From positions 92,869-156,868 of the forward strand of contig CACJCN010000004.1 of the NCBI GenBank assembly GCA_902591925.1: DNA of 64,000 nucleotides, in the 5' to 3' direction. Positions 41,208 to 51,713 of this stretch are shown one piece after another. A model generated the notes under the pieces. That model was not told where the DNA came from and made no database searches. It was given only the letters and a program-made list of their open reading frames with translations. The translations under genes and the position numbers were made by a program. Numbering within the stretch: position 1 is the first letter of the stretch; each line of letters starts with the position of its first letter. Source of the stretch: an uncultured SAR86 cluster bacterium (GTDB lineage Bacteria; Pseudomonadota; Gammaproteobacteria; Magnimaribacterales; D2472).

Positions 41208-41495
41208 ATGAATAAATCAGATTTAGTTGATGCAGTTGCAAGTAGCGCTGATATGTCTAAAGCTCAAGCTTCTAATGCAGTTGATGCTGTATTAGATGGT
41301 ATTTCAGGAGCTTTAAGTAATGGGGATTCAGTAGCTTTAGTTGGATTTGGAACATTTTCAGTTCGTCATAGAGCTGCTAGAGAGGGTAGAAATCCTCAAA
41401 CAGGAGCTTCAATGCATATTTCAGCTTCAAATGTACCAGGCTTTAAGGCTGGTAAAGCACTTAAGGATGCGGTAAAAGCCGGTAATCCTGCTTAA
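41208..41495 (+). CDS. hupB: DNA-binding protein HU
   Basis: [31 protein letters not shown]; GAGGAG SD before 41208. Confidence 0.95.
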   Translation: MNKSDLVDAVASSADMSKAQASNAVDAVLDGISGALSNGDSVALVGFGTFSVRHRAAREGRNPQTGASMHISASNVPGFKAGKALKDAVKAGNPA

Positions 41496-41508
41496 TAGTT
41501 TTTCTTTT

Positions 41509-41536
41509 AAAAAGGGTGCTTATGCACCCTTTTTTT
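41509..41536 (+). terminator. Intrinsic terminator after hupB
   Basis: AAAAAGGGTGC-TTAT-GCACCCTTTTTTT. Confidence 0.88.
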
Positions 41537-41555
41537 ATTCTATAATATCGCCATA

Positions 41556-43430
41556 ATGATGGAATCTCTTAGAAATTTTTTGACAGGCCCGCGGCTTTTA
41601 ATAGTTGTTCTTGTGTGTGCACTACCATTTGTTTTTTTAGGAACGTCTTCCCTAGGAACCACTTTTAATTCATCATTTGGAAATATAAATGGTGAAGATG
41701 TTAAAGAGATTGATCTACAAATAGCCTCAAATAGTACCGTTCAAAAATTTAAAAGCGTTTATGGAGAGGAATTTGATTTTGATATGCTTGATGAAGAATT
41801 TAAAGCTGATGCAATTAAACAAGAATTAATAATTCAAAAAGTTTTATATTCTGGAGCCAAATCAATGGGGTTGATAAATCAATCAACTGAATTAAAAATA
41901 AAAAAAGAAATTATCAAAAGTCCTAGGTTCCAAGTGGATGGGGAATTTAATGAGAATGTATATGAGGCACAAGTTAATTCAAGTGGTTTTACCAAGGAGA
42001 GTTATATAGAAATAATGACTGGTTTATCCGCTTCAGAGCTTTATAGGTCGTCGTTGAATGCTGTAAATTTTGTAACTGATCAAGAGCTCTATCAGCTAGC
42101 AAGTTTGCTAGAAAAATCTACCAATATTGATTTCATAAAAATTAATTTTGACAATCTAAAGTCTGAAATAGTAAATACAGAGGATGAAATCAAAAGTTTT
42201 TATGAAGCTAATGAAATATTATTTTTTTCTGACGAACAAAAAAGTTTTAAATATCTTGTATTAGATCAGTCTAATTATTCTGAACTCATAGAGGTGCCTG
42301 ACTCATATCTTGAAGACGGGTATCAGAATTACTTAAATGAATTTGTAAATGCTGCGCAAACTAGAATTTCTCATATTATGATTGATAAAAATAATTATGA
42401 GACACGCGAAGACGCGTTTGACTCCATAAATAAAATTGAAGAACTTATAAAAAATGGCGAAAATTTTTCCGAATTAGCTAGCGTTTACAGCGAGGACATT
42501 GTGACTAGTGATATTGGTGGCGATTTAGAATATTTTGATAAAGATATTTTTCCAATTGAATTTGATGAGGCAATCAAAGATCTTGAACTCAATGAAGTAA
42601 GTAAGATTGTTGAACTCGAAGACACTTTTCACATACTAAAAATTACAGAAAAGAATCTTTCTAAACCATTATCAGCTGATGAAGTTAAAGATAACCTTTT
42701 AGCAGAATTAATTGAAACAGAATCGTATGCATTAATGCTTGATGAATTTACTAACCTTGAGGATATGATTTTTAATAATGACTCATTTGATCAGATTTCA
42801 ATAGCTTCATCAAAAACTGTTTATACATCAGATCTTTATACAAAAAATAATTTTGATTTTGAATCGAATAACCAAGCAATTAAAGATTACTTATTTTCGC
42901 CTAATACAATCATTGGCGAACCATTTAGCGTTGATTTAGGAGACAGAATTATTATTATGGCTCTCGATAAATTAATCGAACCTCAATTACAAAGCCTTGA
43001 AAGCATAAAAGACTCTGTAATTAATATGATCACAAATTCAAAGGCTAAAGAAAAAATGAATCTATTAGCAACTGAAATTCAATCATTTTCAAATGATGAT
43101 GAAAAAAATAAATTTATAGATGCTTATAAATATGTTGAAAGCGATTCTTTTGTTGATGTAAAAAGATACTCATCTCTGTTACCCAGAGAAGTTTTAAATA
43201 AGGTATTTATTAATCAAGCTGATACTATTATTAGTGAAGATGCTTCAAATGGAGATAAATACATTGTTACTATAAAAAAATTTAATCAGCCATTAGAGAC
43301 AGATATTCAAAACATTATTGAAGAGTACAATACATTTAGCGAAGAAATCTTTGTTACGAGAATGAATCAAATTGTAAATAATGATATTTTTGAGAGTGCT
43401 AGAGTTAATTTAAATAATTTAATATTTTAA
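41556..43430 (+). CDS. ppiD: Periplasmic chaperone PpiD (SurA-N plus parvulin domain)
   Basis: N-terminal TM anchor, SHIMI, F.ELA..YSED, GGDL, FHILK; conserved position after hupB. Confidence 0.85.
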   Translation: MMESLRNFLTGPRLLIVVLVCALPFVFLGTSSLGTTFNSSFGNINGEDVKEIDLQIASNSTVQKFKSVYGEEFDFDMLDEEFKADAIKQELIIQKVLYSGAKSMGLINQSTELKIKKEIIKSPRFQVDGEFNENVYEAQVNSSGFTKESYIEIMTGLSASELYRSSLNAVNFVTDQELYQLASLLEKSTNIDFIKINFDNLKSEIVNTEDEIKSFYEANEILFFSDEQKSFKYLVLDQSNYSELIEVPDSYLEDGYQNYLNEFVNAAQTRISHIMIDKNNYETREDAFDSINKIEELIKNGENFSELASVYSEDIVTSDIGGDLEYFDKDIFPIEFDEAIKDLELNEVSKIVELEDTFHILKITEKNLSKPLSADEVKDNLLAELIETESYALMLDEFTNLEDMIFNNDSFDQISIASSKTVYTSDLYTKNNFDFESNNQAIKDYLFSPNTIIGEPFSVDLGDRIIIMALDKLIEPQLQSLESIKDSVINMITNSKAKEKMNLLATEIQSFSNDDEKNKFIDAYKYVESDSFVDVKRYSSLLPREVLNKVFINQADTIISEDASNGDKYIVTIKKFNQPLETDIQNIIEEYNTFSEEIFVTRMNQIVNNDIFESARVNLNNLIF

Positions 43431-43441
43431 GGACTTTGCTT

Positions 43442-45058
43442 ATGATTTTAAGAACACTATCTTTTTTGATAATTTTTGCATTCGTTTATGGATGTTCAGA
43501 GAACATTACACCCGTTGACTCGGGACTTGAAAAACAAATATACCATCACGGAAATGGTTCAGAACCTCAAGGAATCGATCCACATATTGTTACTGGTGTT
43601 CCAGAACATCATATTTTAATAAGTCTATGTGAAGGATTAACAATACCCAATCCAAACCCAGATGACATGAATGGATATATGGCAGGAACTGCGGAGTCTT
43701 GGTCTGTTAGCGAAGATGGCAAAGAGTACATATTTAATATAAATGAAAATGCCAGATGGTCTAATGGTGATCCAGTCACTGCAAATGATTTTGTGTGGTC
43801 ATGGAAAAGAATTCTTACAGCAAGCTTAGGTTCACAATATCCCGATATGCTTTATTATTTAGTCGGTGCATATGAATATCATAATGGATTAACTAATGAT
43901 TTTAGTGAGGTTGGTGTGAAAGCCATTGATCAAAAGACTTTAAAAGTTAGTCTTAAAAACCCGACTCCATTTTTCCTTGGATTGCTAAGTCATTACAGCA
44001 CATGGCCGGTTCATAAAGAAACTGTTCTAAAATATGGAGATATTGATGATAGAAATGGAGAGTGGACAAGGCCAGGAAATTTTGTTTGCAATGGACCATT
44101 CCAACTCAAGTCTTGGGAGCTAAATAATAAAATTGTTGTTGAAAAAAATCCTTATTATTATGATGCTTCAATAGTTAAACTAAATGAAATTCATTATTAT
44201 CCTGTATCAAATGTAATGACTGAAGATAGAATGTTTAGGGCAGGTCAACTTCATTTAACTAGTACGTTACCATCACAAAAATGTCCAATATATATTGAGG
44301 AGAATCCAAATCTAAGAATAGATCCTTATATGGGAACTTACTTTTATAGAATAAATACAAATCATGAGGCACTAAAAGATGTAAGAGTAAGAAAAGCTTT
44401 GGCATATTCTATAGACAGAGAATTACTGGTCGATAAAGTAACTAAATGTGGTCAAATACCAGCTTATTCTTTTACTCCACCAGGATCGAATGGGTATGAA
44501 CCAAAAACTCAAATACCTTTTGATCCTGAGCTTGCTAAATCATTGCTTGAAGATGCAGGATACTCTGATGAAAATCCCTTTCCAAAGTTAGAAATATTAT
44601 TTAATACCAATGAGGATCATAGAAAGATTGCCTTAGCAATCCAACAAATGTGGCAAGTAAACCTTGGTATTGAAATAGAATTAGTTAATCAAGACTGGAA
44701 AGTATATTTGAATAGAGAGATGATTGGAGACTTTCAAATATCAAGAGCTGGATGGATTGGCGACTATGAGGATCCAAATACATTTTTAGATTTGATGAGG
44801 CCAAACAGAGGAAATAATAAAACAGGCTGGGAAAATAAAGAGTACGATGAGCTGGTCGAAAAGGCTAACACAATAAACAATCAATCTGAAAGATATGAAA
44901 TGCTCTATAAAGCTGAAGAAATTTTAATTGATAATATGCCAATAATTCCTTTATATACCTACGTAAGATCGTATCAACTTTCACCTGATGTTAAAGGCTT
45001 TAATCCTCATATTTTAGACCATCACCACCCAAAATTTATTTATCTTGAAAGAGATTGA
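43442..45058 (+). CDS. oppA: Oligopeptide ABC transporter substrate-binding lipoprotein (OppA-like)
   Basis: Lipobox VYGC, EPQGIDP, WSNGDPVTANDF, NGPF, GWIGDY.DP. Confidence 0.88.
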   Translation: MILRTLSFLIIFAFVYGCSENITPVDSGLEKQIYHHGNGSEPQGIDPHIVTGVPEHHILISLCEGLTIPNPNPDDMNGYMAGTAESWSVSEDGKEYIFNINENARWSNGDPVTANDFVWSWKRILTASLGSQYPDMLYYLVGAYEYHNGLTNDFSEVGVKAIDQKTLKVSLKNPTPFFLGLLSHYSTWPVHKETVLKYGDIDDRNGEWTRPGNFVCNGPFQLKSWELNNKIVVEKNPYYYDASIVKLNEIHYYPVSNVMTEDRMFRAGQLHLTSTLPSQKCPIYIEENPNLRIDPYMGTYFYRINTNHEALKDVRVRKALAYSIDRELLVDKVTKCGQIPAYSFTPPGSNGYEPKTQIPFDPELAKSLLEDAGYSDENPFPKLEILFNTNEDHRKIALAIQQMWQVNLGIEIELVNQDWKVYLNREMIGDFQISRAGWIGDYEDPNTFLDLMRPNRGNNKTGWENKEYDELVEKANTINNQSERYEMLYKAEEILIDNMPIIPLYTYVRSYQLSPDVKGFNPHILDHHHPKFIYLERD

Positions 45059-45064
45059 TTTCGC

Positions 45065-45988
45065 ATGCTAGCGATTTTTATTAAAAGAATTTTAATTGCA
45101 ATACCTGTTTTATTTGCTGTAGCTAGCATTACATTTTTTCTGATTAAAATTGCACCTGGAGGTCCTTTTGATGCCGATAGGGCAGTCTCTCCTCAAGTTC
45201 TTAAAAACTTAAATGAAGCATATAATTTAGATGCTTCCAATTGGGAGCAATATCTTGACTATATGGGTGGTCTGTTACAAGGAGATCTGGGCCCATCATT
45301 TAGATTTCCTGGAAGATCTGTAACTGAAATGATTGCGACTGGGTTGCCTGTAACTTTTGAGTTAGCATTTTATGCTATTTTGATAGCTCTTTTAATGGGT
45401 ATATTTTCTGGTGTTCTGGCTGCTTTAAAGAGAAACACCTTTCTTGATTTTATTCCAATGGCGATAGCAATGATAGGAATTTGCGTACCAACTTTTTTAA
45501 TGGGACCGCTTTTAGTTTTGATTTTTGGTATTAATCTTGAAGTCTTACCTGTATCAGGTTGGGATCAATTACCAGGGGATAAAATTTTGCCATCCTTAAC
45601 TTTGGGGTTTGCTTATGCAGCGTATATAGCAAGATTAAGTAGAGGAGGAATGCTAGAAATTTTAAATCAAGATTTTATTAGAACAGCAAGAGCAAAAGGA
45701 TTAACAGAAAGGATGGTTGTCATTAAGCACGCAATGCAGGGAGGGTTAATACCAGTTATTTCATTTTTAGGTCCTGCAATAGCAGGACTTCTTGCAGGAT
45801 CATTTGTTGTAGAAACAATATTTCAAATACCTGGCCTCGGAAGGTTTTATGTTGAAGCTGCTTTTAATAGAGACTATACAATGATTCTAGGAACAACGAT
45901 CTTTTTTTCTGCGATGATTATATTTTTTAATTTAATGTCGGATCTGGCAGCATTATGGTTAAATCCTAGATCAAGAGATGCATCATGA
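45065..45988 (+). CDS. oppB: Oligopeptide ABC permease
   Basis: APGGPF, GDLGPSF, FIRTARAKGL, ETIFQIPGLG, NRDY. Confidence 0.9.
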   Translation: MLAIFIKRILIAIPVLFAVASITFFLIKIAPGGPFDADRAVSPQVLKNLNEAYNLDASNWEQYLDYMGGLLQGDLGPSFRFPGRSVTEMIATGLPVTFELAFYAILIALLMGIFSGVLAALKRNTFLDFIPMAIAMIGICVPTFLMGPLLVLIFGINLEVLPVSGWDQLPGDKILPSLTLGFAYAAYIARLSRGGMLEILNQDFIRTARAKGLTERMVVIKHAMQGGLIPVISFLGPAIAGLLAGSFVVETIFQIPGLGRFYVEAAFNRDYTMILGTTIFFSAMIIFFNLMSDLAALWLNPRSRDAS

Positions 45989-46836
45989 ATAACAATTCTT
46001 TATGGTCAGATGCTTTATATAGATTGTCAAAAAATAAGGCTGCCATGTTTGGCGGTTTTATTCTAATACTGTTGATTTTTTCAGCTGCTTTAGCTCCTAT
46101 TATTGCTCCATATTCATATTCTTACCAAGATCTAAATTTAGGGGCTAGTCCTCCATCTTCTGAACATCTTCTAGGCACAGATATTCTTGGTAGAGATCTT
46201 TTAAGTAGAATACTTTATGGTGCTCGAATCTCGCTTTTAGTTGGATTCGTAGCGACAGGAGTAGCCCTTGTTATAGGTGTTTCATGGGGAATAGTAGCTG
46301 GATATATTGGTGGAAGGGTTGATTCAATAATGATGAGAATTGTTGATATTCTTTATGGGCTCCCATTCATAATTTTCATAATTTTATTAATGGTTATTTT
46401 TGGACGAAATTTATGGTTATTATTTGGAGCTATTGGAGCAGTCGAATGGTTAACAATGGCAAGAATAGTTAGAGGTCAAGTTATTGGTCTTAAAAATCAA
46501 GAATTTGTTATGGCTGCTCAAGCTATGGGAGTCTCTAATTTACAAATGTTCAGAAGGCATTTACTTCCAAACATATTAGGACCCATAGCAGTATATGCAA
46601 CATTAACAATTCCTCAAGTTATGTTATTGGAGGGTTTTTTGAGCTTTTTAGGTTTAGGCATTCAGCCACCTATGAGTAGTTGGGGTACCTTAATTAAGGA
46701 CGGTGTTGAATCTATGGAGGAATATAGTTGGCTTCTAATATATCCTGGGATTACTTTTACTATTACTCTATTTGCACTTAATTTTTTTGGTGATGGTCTT
46801 AGAGACGCATTAGATCCAAAAACATCTGAAAATTAA
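45985..46836 (+). CDS. oppC: Oligopeptide ABC permease
   Basis: LGTDILGRD, EFVMAAQAMG, LSFLGLG, GDGLRDALDP. Confidence 0.9.
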   Translation: MNNNSLWSDALYRLSKNKAAMFGGFILILLIFSAALAPIIAPYSYSYQDLNLGASPPSSEHLLGTDILGRDLLSRILYGARISLLVGFVATGVALVIGVSWGIVAGYIGGRVDSIMMRIVDILYGLPFIIFIILLMVIFGRNLWLLFGAIGAVEWLTMARIVRGQVIGLKNQEFVMAAQAMGVSNLQMFRRHLLPNILGPIAVYATLTIPQVMLLEGFLSFLGLGIQPPMSSWGTLIKDGVESMEEYSWLLIYPGITFTITLFALNFFGDGLRDALDPKTSEN

Positions 46837-48302
46837 AATGCTCGTATGGCAATCTTAATAATTTGGCCTGGCATCAGGGTGGGATTACTAAATTTATTTA
46901 TTTCTTCAATACTACTAATTGTTACATCAAATAGTTCTGATATTTTAAAAAGGTTGTCTCCCTGTTTTACTGAATAGAGAATAGTTCTTTTTTTTGATTC
47001 CATATTTCTATATATATTTTTGTTTCCAATTGATAGTTGTTGACCAAGTTGAAGATAGTCATTTTTATTGAGTGAATTCATTCTAGCTAAATTATTAACA
47101 TTTAAATTATATTTTTTAGCAATACTCCATAAGGTATCTCCCTCAGAAACAATATACATCTCATAGGGAATAAAGTTATTTGACTTAGTTTTACCAAGAG
47201 GTATAAGTAAATTATCATTTATTGATAATAGATCATTATTGAGATAATTGACCTCTTTTATAACATCAACTTCAGTATCGTATTTTATCGCTAGATCCCA
47301 AAGATTATCACCTTTGTTGACTGTATGTGATATCCAATTGATGTCATTAGTTTTGTTAAAAGGATTTTTTTCACTTAAAAATAAAAAATATTTTTCTTTA
47401 GGAATAAAAAAAATACTCTCATCTTTTGGTGCAGAAGCCCATTTTGTATAACCTGCATTTAATTTGTATAAGAGTTCTGGTTTAATTTCTAAATATTCAC
47501 TCAAAGCTAAAATTTCAACCTGACCAGGTATAGTTATTTTTTGAACAACACTATCGTAGGGTATATTTGGCAATGTTATTCCATATTTTTTAGGATTCAA
47601 AATTAACTCTCTTAAAGCTATATATTTTGGTACATAATTTTTTGTTTGAGTCGGAAGATTTAGTGACCAAAAATCAATATCTTCTCCTTTTCTTTTATTT
47701 TGGTTAATCCTTTTGTCAACAAGAGATGGTCCTGCATTATATGCTGCAATGGAGAGATAGATATCTCCATCAAATCTTTGGTATAAATATTTTAAATATC
47801 CAATAGCTGCCTCTGTAGATTTAAAAGGATCATGCCTATCTTCACTCCACCATGATTTATTTAATTCATATAGCCGGCCTGTTCTTGGCATAAACTGCCA
47901 CATGCCAACTGCTCCAGATGGAGAAATAGAAAATGGATCATAATTACTTTCAATGTATGGAAGAATTGATAATTCAATTGGTAGGTTATTTTTCTCTAAC
48001 TCTTTAATTACAAAATATAGAAAATAATATGAATCATTAAGGTATTCTTCAAATTTGTCTAGATCTCTAAGATGATTATTCATATAAGACAAAATTTGTT
48101 CGTCGAGATAATTATTCTGTTTAATTTTGTTATTTACTTGAAGATATTCCCAAATATTTTCGTAAGAATCTTTCTTTTCAACTAATTCATATGAAGTATT
48201 TTTAGATATTTCATTTGGAATATCTTTGATAGTAGTTGGAGTTTGTTGACACCCAAATACTGAAATAACTATAAAAAAAATTGTTAAAAGTTGTCTTTCC
48301 AT
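46833..48302 (-). CDS. mltD: Lytic murein transglycosylase MltD with LysM repeats
   Basis: Lipobox VFGC, IESNYDP, GMWQF, AAYNAG, YVPK, three LysM repeats. Confidence 0.9.
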   Translation of the reverse strand: MERQLLTIFFIVISVFGCQQTPTTIKDIPNEISKNTSYELVEKKDSYENIWEYLQVNNKIKQNNYLDEQILSYMNNHLRDLDKFEEYLNDSYYFLYFVIKELEKNNLPIELSILPYIESNYDPFSISPSGAVGMWQFMPRTGRLYELNKSWWSEDRHDPFKSTEAAIGYLKYLYQRFDGDIYLSIAAYNAGPSLVDKRINQNKRKGEDIDFWSLNLPTQTKNYVPKYIALRELILNPKKYGITLPNIPYDSVVQKITIPGQVEILALSEYLEIKPELLYKLNAGYTKWASAPKDESIFFIPKEKYFLFLSEKNPFNKTNDINWISHTVNKGDNLWDLAIKYDTEVDVIKEVNYLNNDLLSINDNLLIPLGKTKSNNFIPYEMYIVSEGDTLWSIAKKYNLNVNNLARMNSLNKNDYLQLGQQLSIGNKNIYRNMESKKRTILYSVKQGDNLFKISELFDVTISSIEEINKFSNPTLMPGQIIKIAIRAF

Positions 48303-49048
48303 TGTCTTAAAGCACAAAAAACCTCTAATTCATCATCAGAGGTATTAAATTTAGAAACAATTTTATTTTTAATGTGATGATTATCACATCTCAAAAAGGG
48401 ATTTATCCTAAGTTCTTTTTCTAGAATTGTTGGAAGAGATGGATTGCCTGAATCAACTATATTTTTTATATTGTCATATTCTTTTATCAGGTCTTCATTA
48501 TTTTCATCAACGGCTAGGGCAAATTTTAAATTTGACAAAGTATACTCATGTCCACAAAAGATTTTTGTTTCTTTGGGATATTTAGATATTTTTTTTAGTG
48601 CAATAAACATCTGATCAAAAGTTCCTTCAAACACTCTGCCACAACCACCTGAAAATAAAGTATCACCACAAAAAAGAATTGGTTCTCCACTATTAAATGA
48701 ATAAAAAGCTATATGATCTAATGTATGACCTGGAATCTCTATGACCTCAAAATCAATACCAATAACTGTAAACTTATCATTATTTTTGACTATGTTATTA
48801 ATACCATTCACATTATTTTTAGGACCATATACTTCCAAACCTCTTTTATCTAATAAATCAGAAAGTCCGTTTGTATGATCAAAATGATGATGAGTAATTA
48901 AAACGCCTTTCAAATCTATCTCATTGTTATCAATTAAATTCAATATTTTTTTAGATTCACCAGGATCGACAACTATTGACCCTTCATTAGTTGATACTAA
49001 CCAAATATAATTATCTTGATAGGCTTTTATAGGTTTGACAGATAACAT
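48284..49048 (-). CDS. gloB: Hydroxyacylglutathione hydrolase (glyoxalase II)
   Basis: DNYIW, THHHFDH, PGHT, GDTLF.GGCGR, CGHEYT, NPFLR. Confidence 0.95.
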   Translation of the reverse strand: MLSVKPIKAYQDNYIWLVSTNEGSIVVDPGESKKILNLIDNNEIDLKGVLITHHHFDHTNGLSDLLDKRGLEVYGPKNNVNGINNIVKNNDKFTVIGIDFEVIEIPGHTLDHIAFYSFNSGEPILFCGDTLFSGGCGRVFEGTFDQMFIALKKISKYPKETKIFCGHEYTLSNLKFALAVDENNEDLIKEYDNIKNIVDSGNPSLPTILEKELRINPFLRCDNHHIKNKIVSKFNTSDDELEVFCALRQWKDNF

Positions 49049-49070
49049 ATACGAATTCTAATTTAAATTT
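49035..49070. promoter_or_regulatory. Overlapping divergent promoters for rnhA and gloB
   Basis: Plus: TTGACA-18-TAATTT-6-ATG; minus: TAGAAT-6-ATG. Confidence 0.6.
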
Positions 49071-49502
49071 ATGAAAACAGTAAATATTTATACAGATGGT
49101 GCATGTAGAGGCAATCCAGGAGATGGAGGCTGGGGCGCATTAATTGAATACGAAAATTTTTCAAAAGAAATTTTTGGTGGTATGAGGGATACGACCAACA
49201 ATCAAATGGAACTTCAAGCAGCTATTGAAGGATTAAGCATGCTAAAGGAGCCTTGCGAGGTTTTTATAACTACCGACTCGAAATATGTTATGAATGGTAT
49301 TACTTTATGGATAGAAAAATGGAAAAAAAATAACTGGAAAAGTGCATCTAAAAAAGATGTAAAAAATAAAGATCTCTGGATTAAGCTTGATCAATTAACA
49401 ATAAAACATAATGTAAAATGGAATTGGGTCAAAGGGCATTCCGGTCACGAAAAAAATGAAACTGCAGATGCTCTTGCTAATAAAGGAATAGACAATCTAT
49501 AA
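49071..49502 (+). CDS. rnhA: Ribonuclease HI
   Basis: TDGACRGNPG, TTNNQMEL, TDS.Y, WVKGHSG...NE.AD. Confidence 0.97.
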   Translation: MKTVNIYTDGACRGNPGDGGWGALIEYENFSKEIFGGMRDTTNNQMELQAAIEGLSMLKEPCEVFITTDSKYVMNGITLWIEKWKKNNWKSASKKDVKNKDLWIKLDQLTIKHNVKWNWVKGHSGHEKNETADALANKGIDNL

Positions 49503-49505
49503 ATT

Positions 49506-50222
49506 ATGGCAAAAAGATATATTGTTTTAGACACAGAAACCACCGGTTTAGAGGTAAATCAGGGCCACAGAGTAATTGAACTGGGTGCCGTTCTGCTAAA
49601 TGATCGAAAAAAAACTGAGGAACATTTCCATAGTTATTTAAATCCATCTAGATTGATAGATGAAGAAGCAACCAAAGTTCATGGAATCATAAACTCTGAT
49701 CTAGAAGATAAACCTTTTTTTGATGAAATAGCAGAGGAGTTTATTAATTTTGTAGAGGGCTCAACTTTAGTAATTCACAATGCACCATTCGATTTGGGGT
49801 TTTTAAATAATGAATTAAAACTTGCCTCTGTAAGTTATCCAAAATTAGAAGATATTTGTGAAGTAGAAGATTCATTGTTAATAGCTAGAGATAAATTTCC
49901 AGGTCAAAGAAACTCTCTGGATGCTCTTGCTACACGTTTTAACATTTCTGGCTATGATAGAACTTTCCATGGTGCTCTATTAGATGCGAATATTTTGGCA
50001 GATGTATATATGCAGCTTACAGGTGGTCAAAGTAAATTTGAATTTGTATCAAATGGAGGTTCTTTATCAATGAATAATGAAAACTCCGACAAACAGGTAA
50101 TTGAAAAAATTAATGATCTTCCTAGAATTAATGCGTCCAAAGCAGATTTAAAAAATCACAGTAAAAGAATTAATGAGATTGAAAAAAAATATTCTATTAA
50201 AACTTTATGGAGTAAATTTTAG
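49506..50222 (+). CDS. dnaQ: DNA polymerase III epsilon subunit
   Basis: LDTETTG, HNAPFD, HGALLDA, TGGQ.KF. Confidence 0.95.
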   Translation: MAKRYIVLDTETTGLEVNQGHRVIELGAVLLNDRKKTEEHFHSYLNPSRLIDEEATKVHGIINSDLEDKPFFDEIAEEFINFVEGSTLVIHNAPFDLGFLNNELKLASVSYPKLEDICEVEDSLLIARDKFPGQRNSLDALATRFNISGYDRTFHGALLDANILADVYMQLTGGQSKFEFVSNGGSLSMNNENSDKQVIEKINDLPRINASKADLKNHSKRINEIEKKYSIKTLWSKF

Positions 50223-51610
50223 TGAAACCTGTAATTACAAGATTTGCACCAAGCCCCACAGGGACACTCCATATTGGAGGCCTAAGAACAGCTTTATTTA
50301 ACTATGTATACTCAAAACAAAATAATGGAAAATTTTTAATTAGAATTGAAGATACCGACAGAGAACGATCAACAAAAGAATTTGAAAAAAATATTTTGGA
50401 TAATTTATCATCGATTGGACTTGCACCTGATGAAGATCCAATAAATCAATCTGAAAGGAATGAAATATATGTAAAGGCCGCTGAAAAGATTATTGAATCT
50501 GGTAAAGCATATTGGTGTGATTGTAGCCCTGAAGATCTTGAGCTGATGAGAAAAGAACAAACTGAGGCAGGTAAAAAACCTATGTATGATGGAAGAAGCA
50601 GAAATCTTGGACTACCTAAAACAGATAAAACAGTATTAAGATTGGCAACTCCCGAAAGTGGTGAGATAGTTGTAAAAGATCTTATAAGAGGTGAAATAAA
50701 ATTTAACAATAATGAGTTAGATGATCTTATTTTATTGAGAAGTGATGGAACACCAACTTATCATTTATGTAATGTTGTTGATGATTTTGAGCAAAAAATT
50801 ACTACTGTGATTCGGGGTGAGGATCACATCAGTAATACGCCCAGGCAAATTCATATTCAAAATGCTTTGGATTACCCCGAGTTAGAATATGCACACTTAC
50901 CACTAGTATTAGGTACAGATAAAAAAAGATTATCAAAAAGGAATGCGGCAACTAGTCTTGAAGAATATCGTGAAAAAGGATATTTGGACTCTGCAATTAT
51001 AAATGCCTTAGCAAGATTGGGCTGGTCCCAGGGTAATAATGAAGTTTTTTATCTTACAGATTTAATTAAAGAATTTAATATAAAAGATGTTCAAAAAGCT
51101 GGAGCAATTTTTGATATATCCAAGTTAGACTGGCTAAATTCGCAACACCTCGCAAATCTCACATTAAACCAGTTTAAGAAAAACTTAGAACCCTTTTTAA
51201 ACAAAATAAACATTGATATGGAAAGTCACTCAAATGTTGACAGTCTAATTGAAGCAATGAGAACCTCCAGTGACACTTTATCAGGAATTGCTCAGTCTTT
51301 GATTCCATACTATCAAGACATTAATGAGTATGATGAAAAAGCTATTGATAAGTTTATTTCTGATAAAAATCTGTTAATGCAATTAAGAGACTTAATTGAT
51401 GGCATAAACGATTGGAATTTAGATTCAATTGAAAGTTCGTTAACTAATTTTCAAGCAGAAAATAAACTATCAACGCCAGCAGTTAACCAGCCAATAAGAA
51501 TTGCGTTAACTGGTTCAACAAAATCACCAGGTCTTGGACTTACGTTAACTTTTTTCTCAAAAAAAACTGTGTTAGAAAGGATGGATAAGCTTTTAGACAA
51601 AAAAAGCTAA
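50222..51610 (+). CDS. gltX: Glutamate--tRNA ligase
   Basis: RFAPSPTG.LHIGG, RIEDTD, IRGEDH, LSKR, anticodon-binding domain. Confidence 0.96.
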   Translation: MKPVITRFAPSPTGTLHIGGLRTALFNYVYSKQNNGKFLIRIEDTDRERSTKEFEKNILDNLSSIGLAPDEDPINQSERNEIYVKAAEKIIESGKAYWCDCSPEDLELMRKEQTEAGKKPMYDGRSRNLGLPKTDKTVLRLATPESGEIVVKDLIRGEIKFNNNELDDLILLRSDGTPTYHLCNVVDDFEQKITTVIRGEDHISNTPRQIHIQNALDYPELEYAHLPLVLGTDKKRLSKRNAATSLEEYREKGYLDSAIINALARLGWSQGNNEVFYLTDLIKEFNIKDVQKAGAIFDISKLDWLNSQHLANLTLNQFKKNLEPFLNKINIDMESHSNVDSLIEAMRTSSDTLSGIAQSLIPYYQDINEYDEKAIDKFISDKNLLMQLRDLIDGINDWNLDSIESSLTNFQAENKLSTPAVNQPIRIALTGSTKSPGLGLTLTFFSKKTVLERMDKLLDKKS

Positions 51611-51649
51611 AATTTAACATTTTTTGAAATTAAAAAATATTAACAAAAG

Positions 51650-51699
51650 TAGACAGATAAAGATCCAAATGCCTATAATAAGTCATTAAAACGCGTTTT
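51650..51699 (+). promoter_or_regulatory. Promoter and palindrome upstream of TonB receptor 1
   Basis: TAGACA-18-TATAAT followed by AAAACGCGTTTT. Confidence 0.5.
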
Positions 51700-51713
51700 T
51701 TAAAGGGGATACT

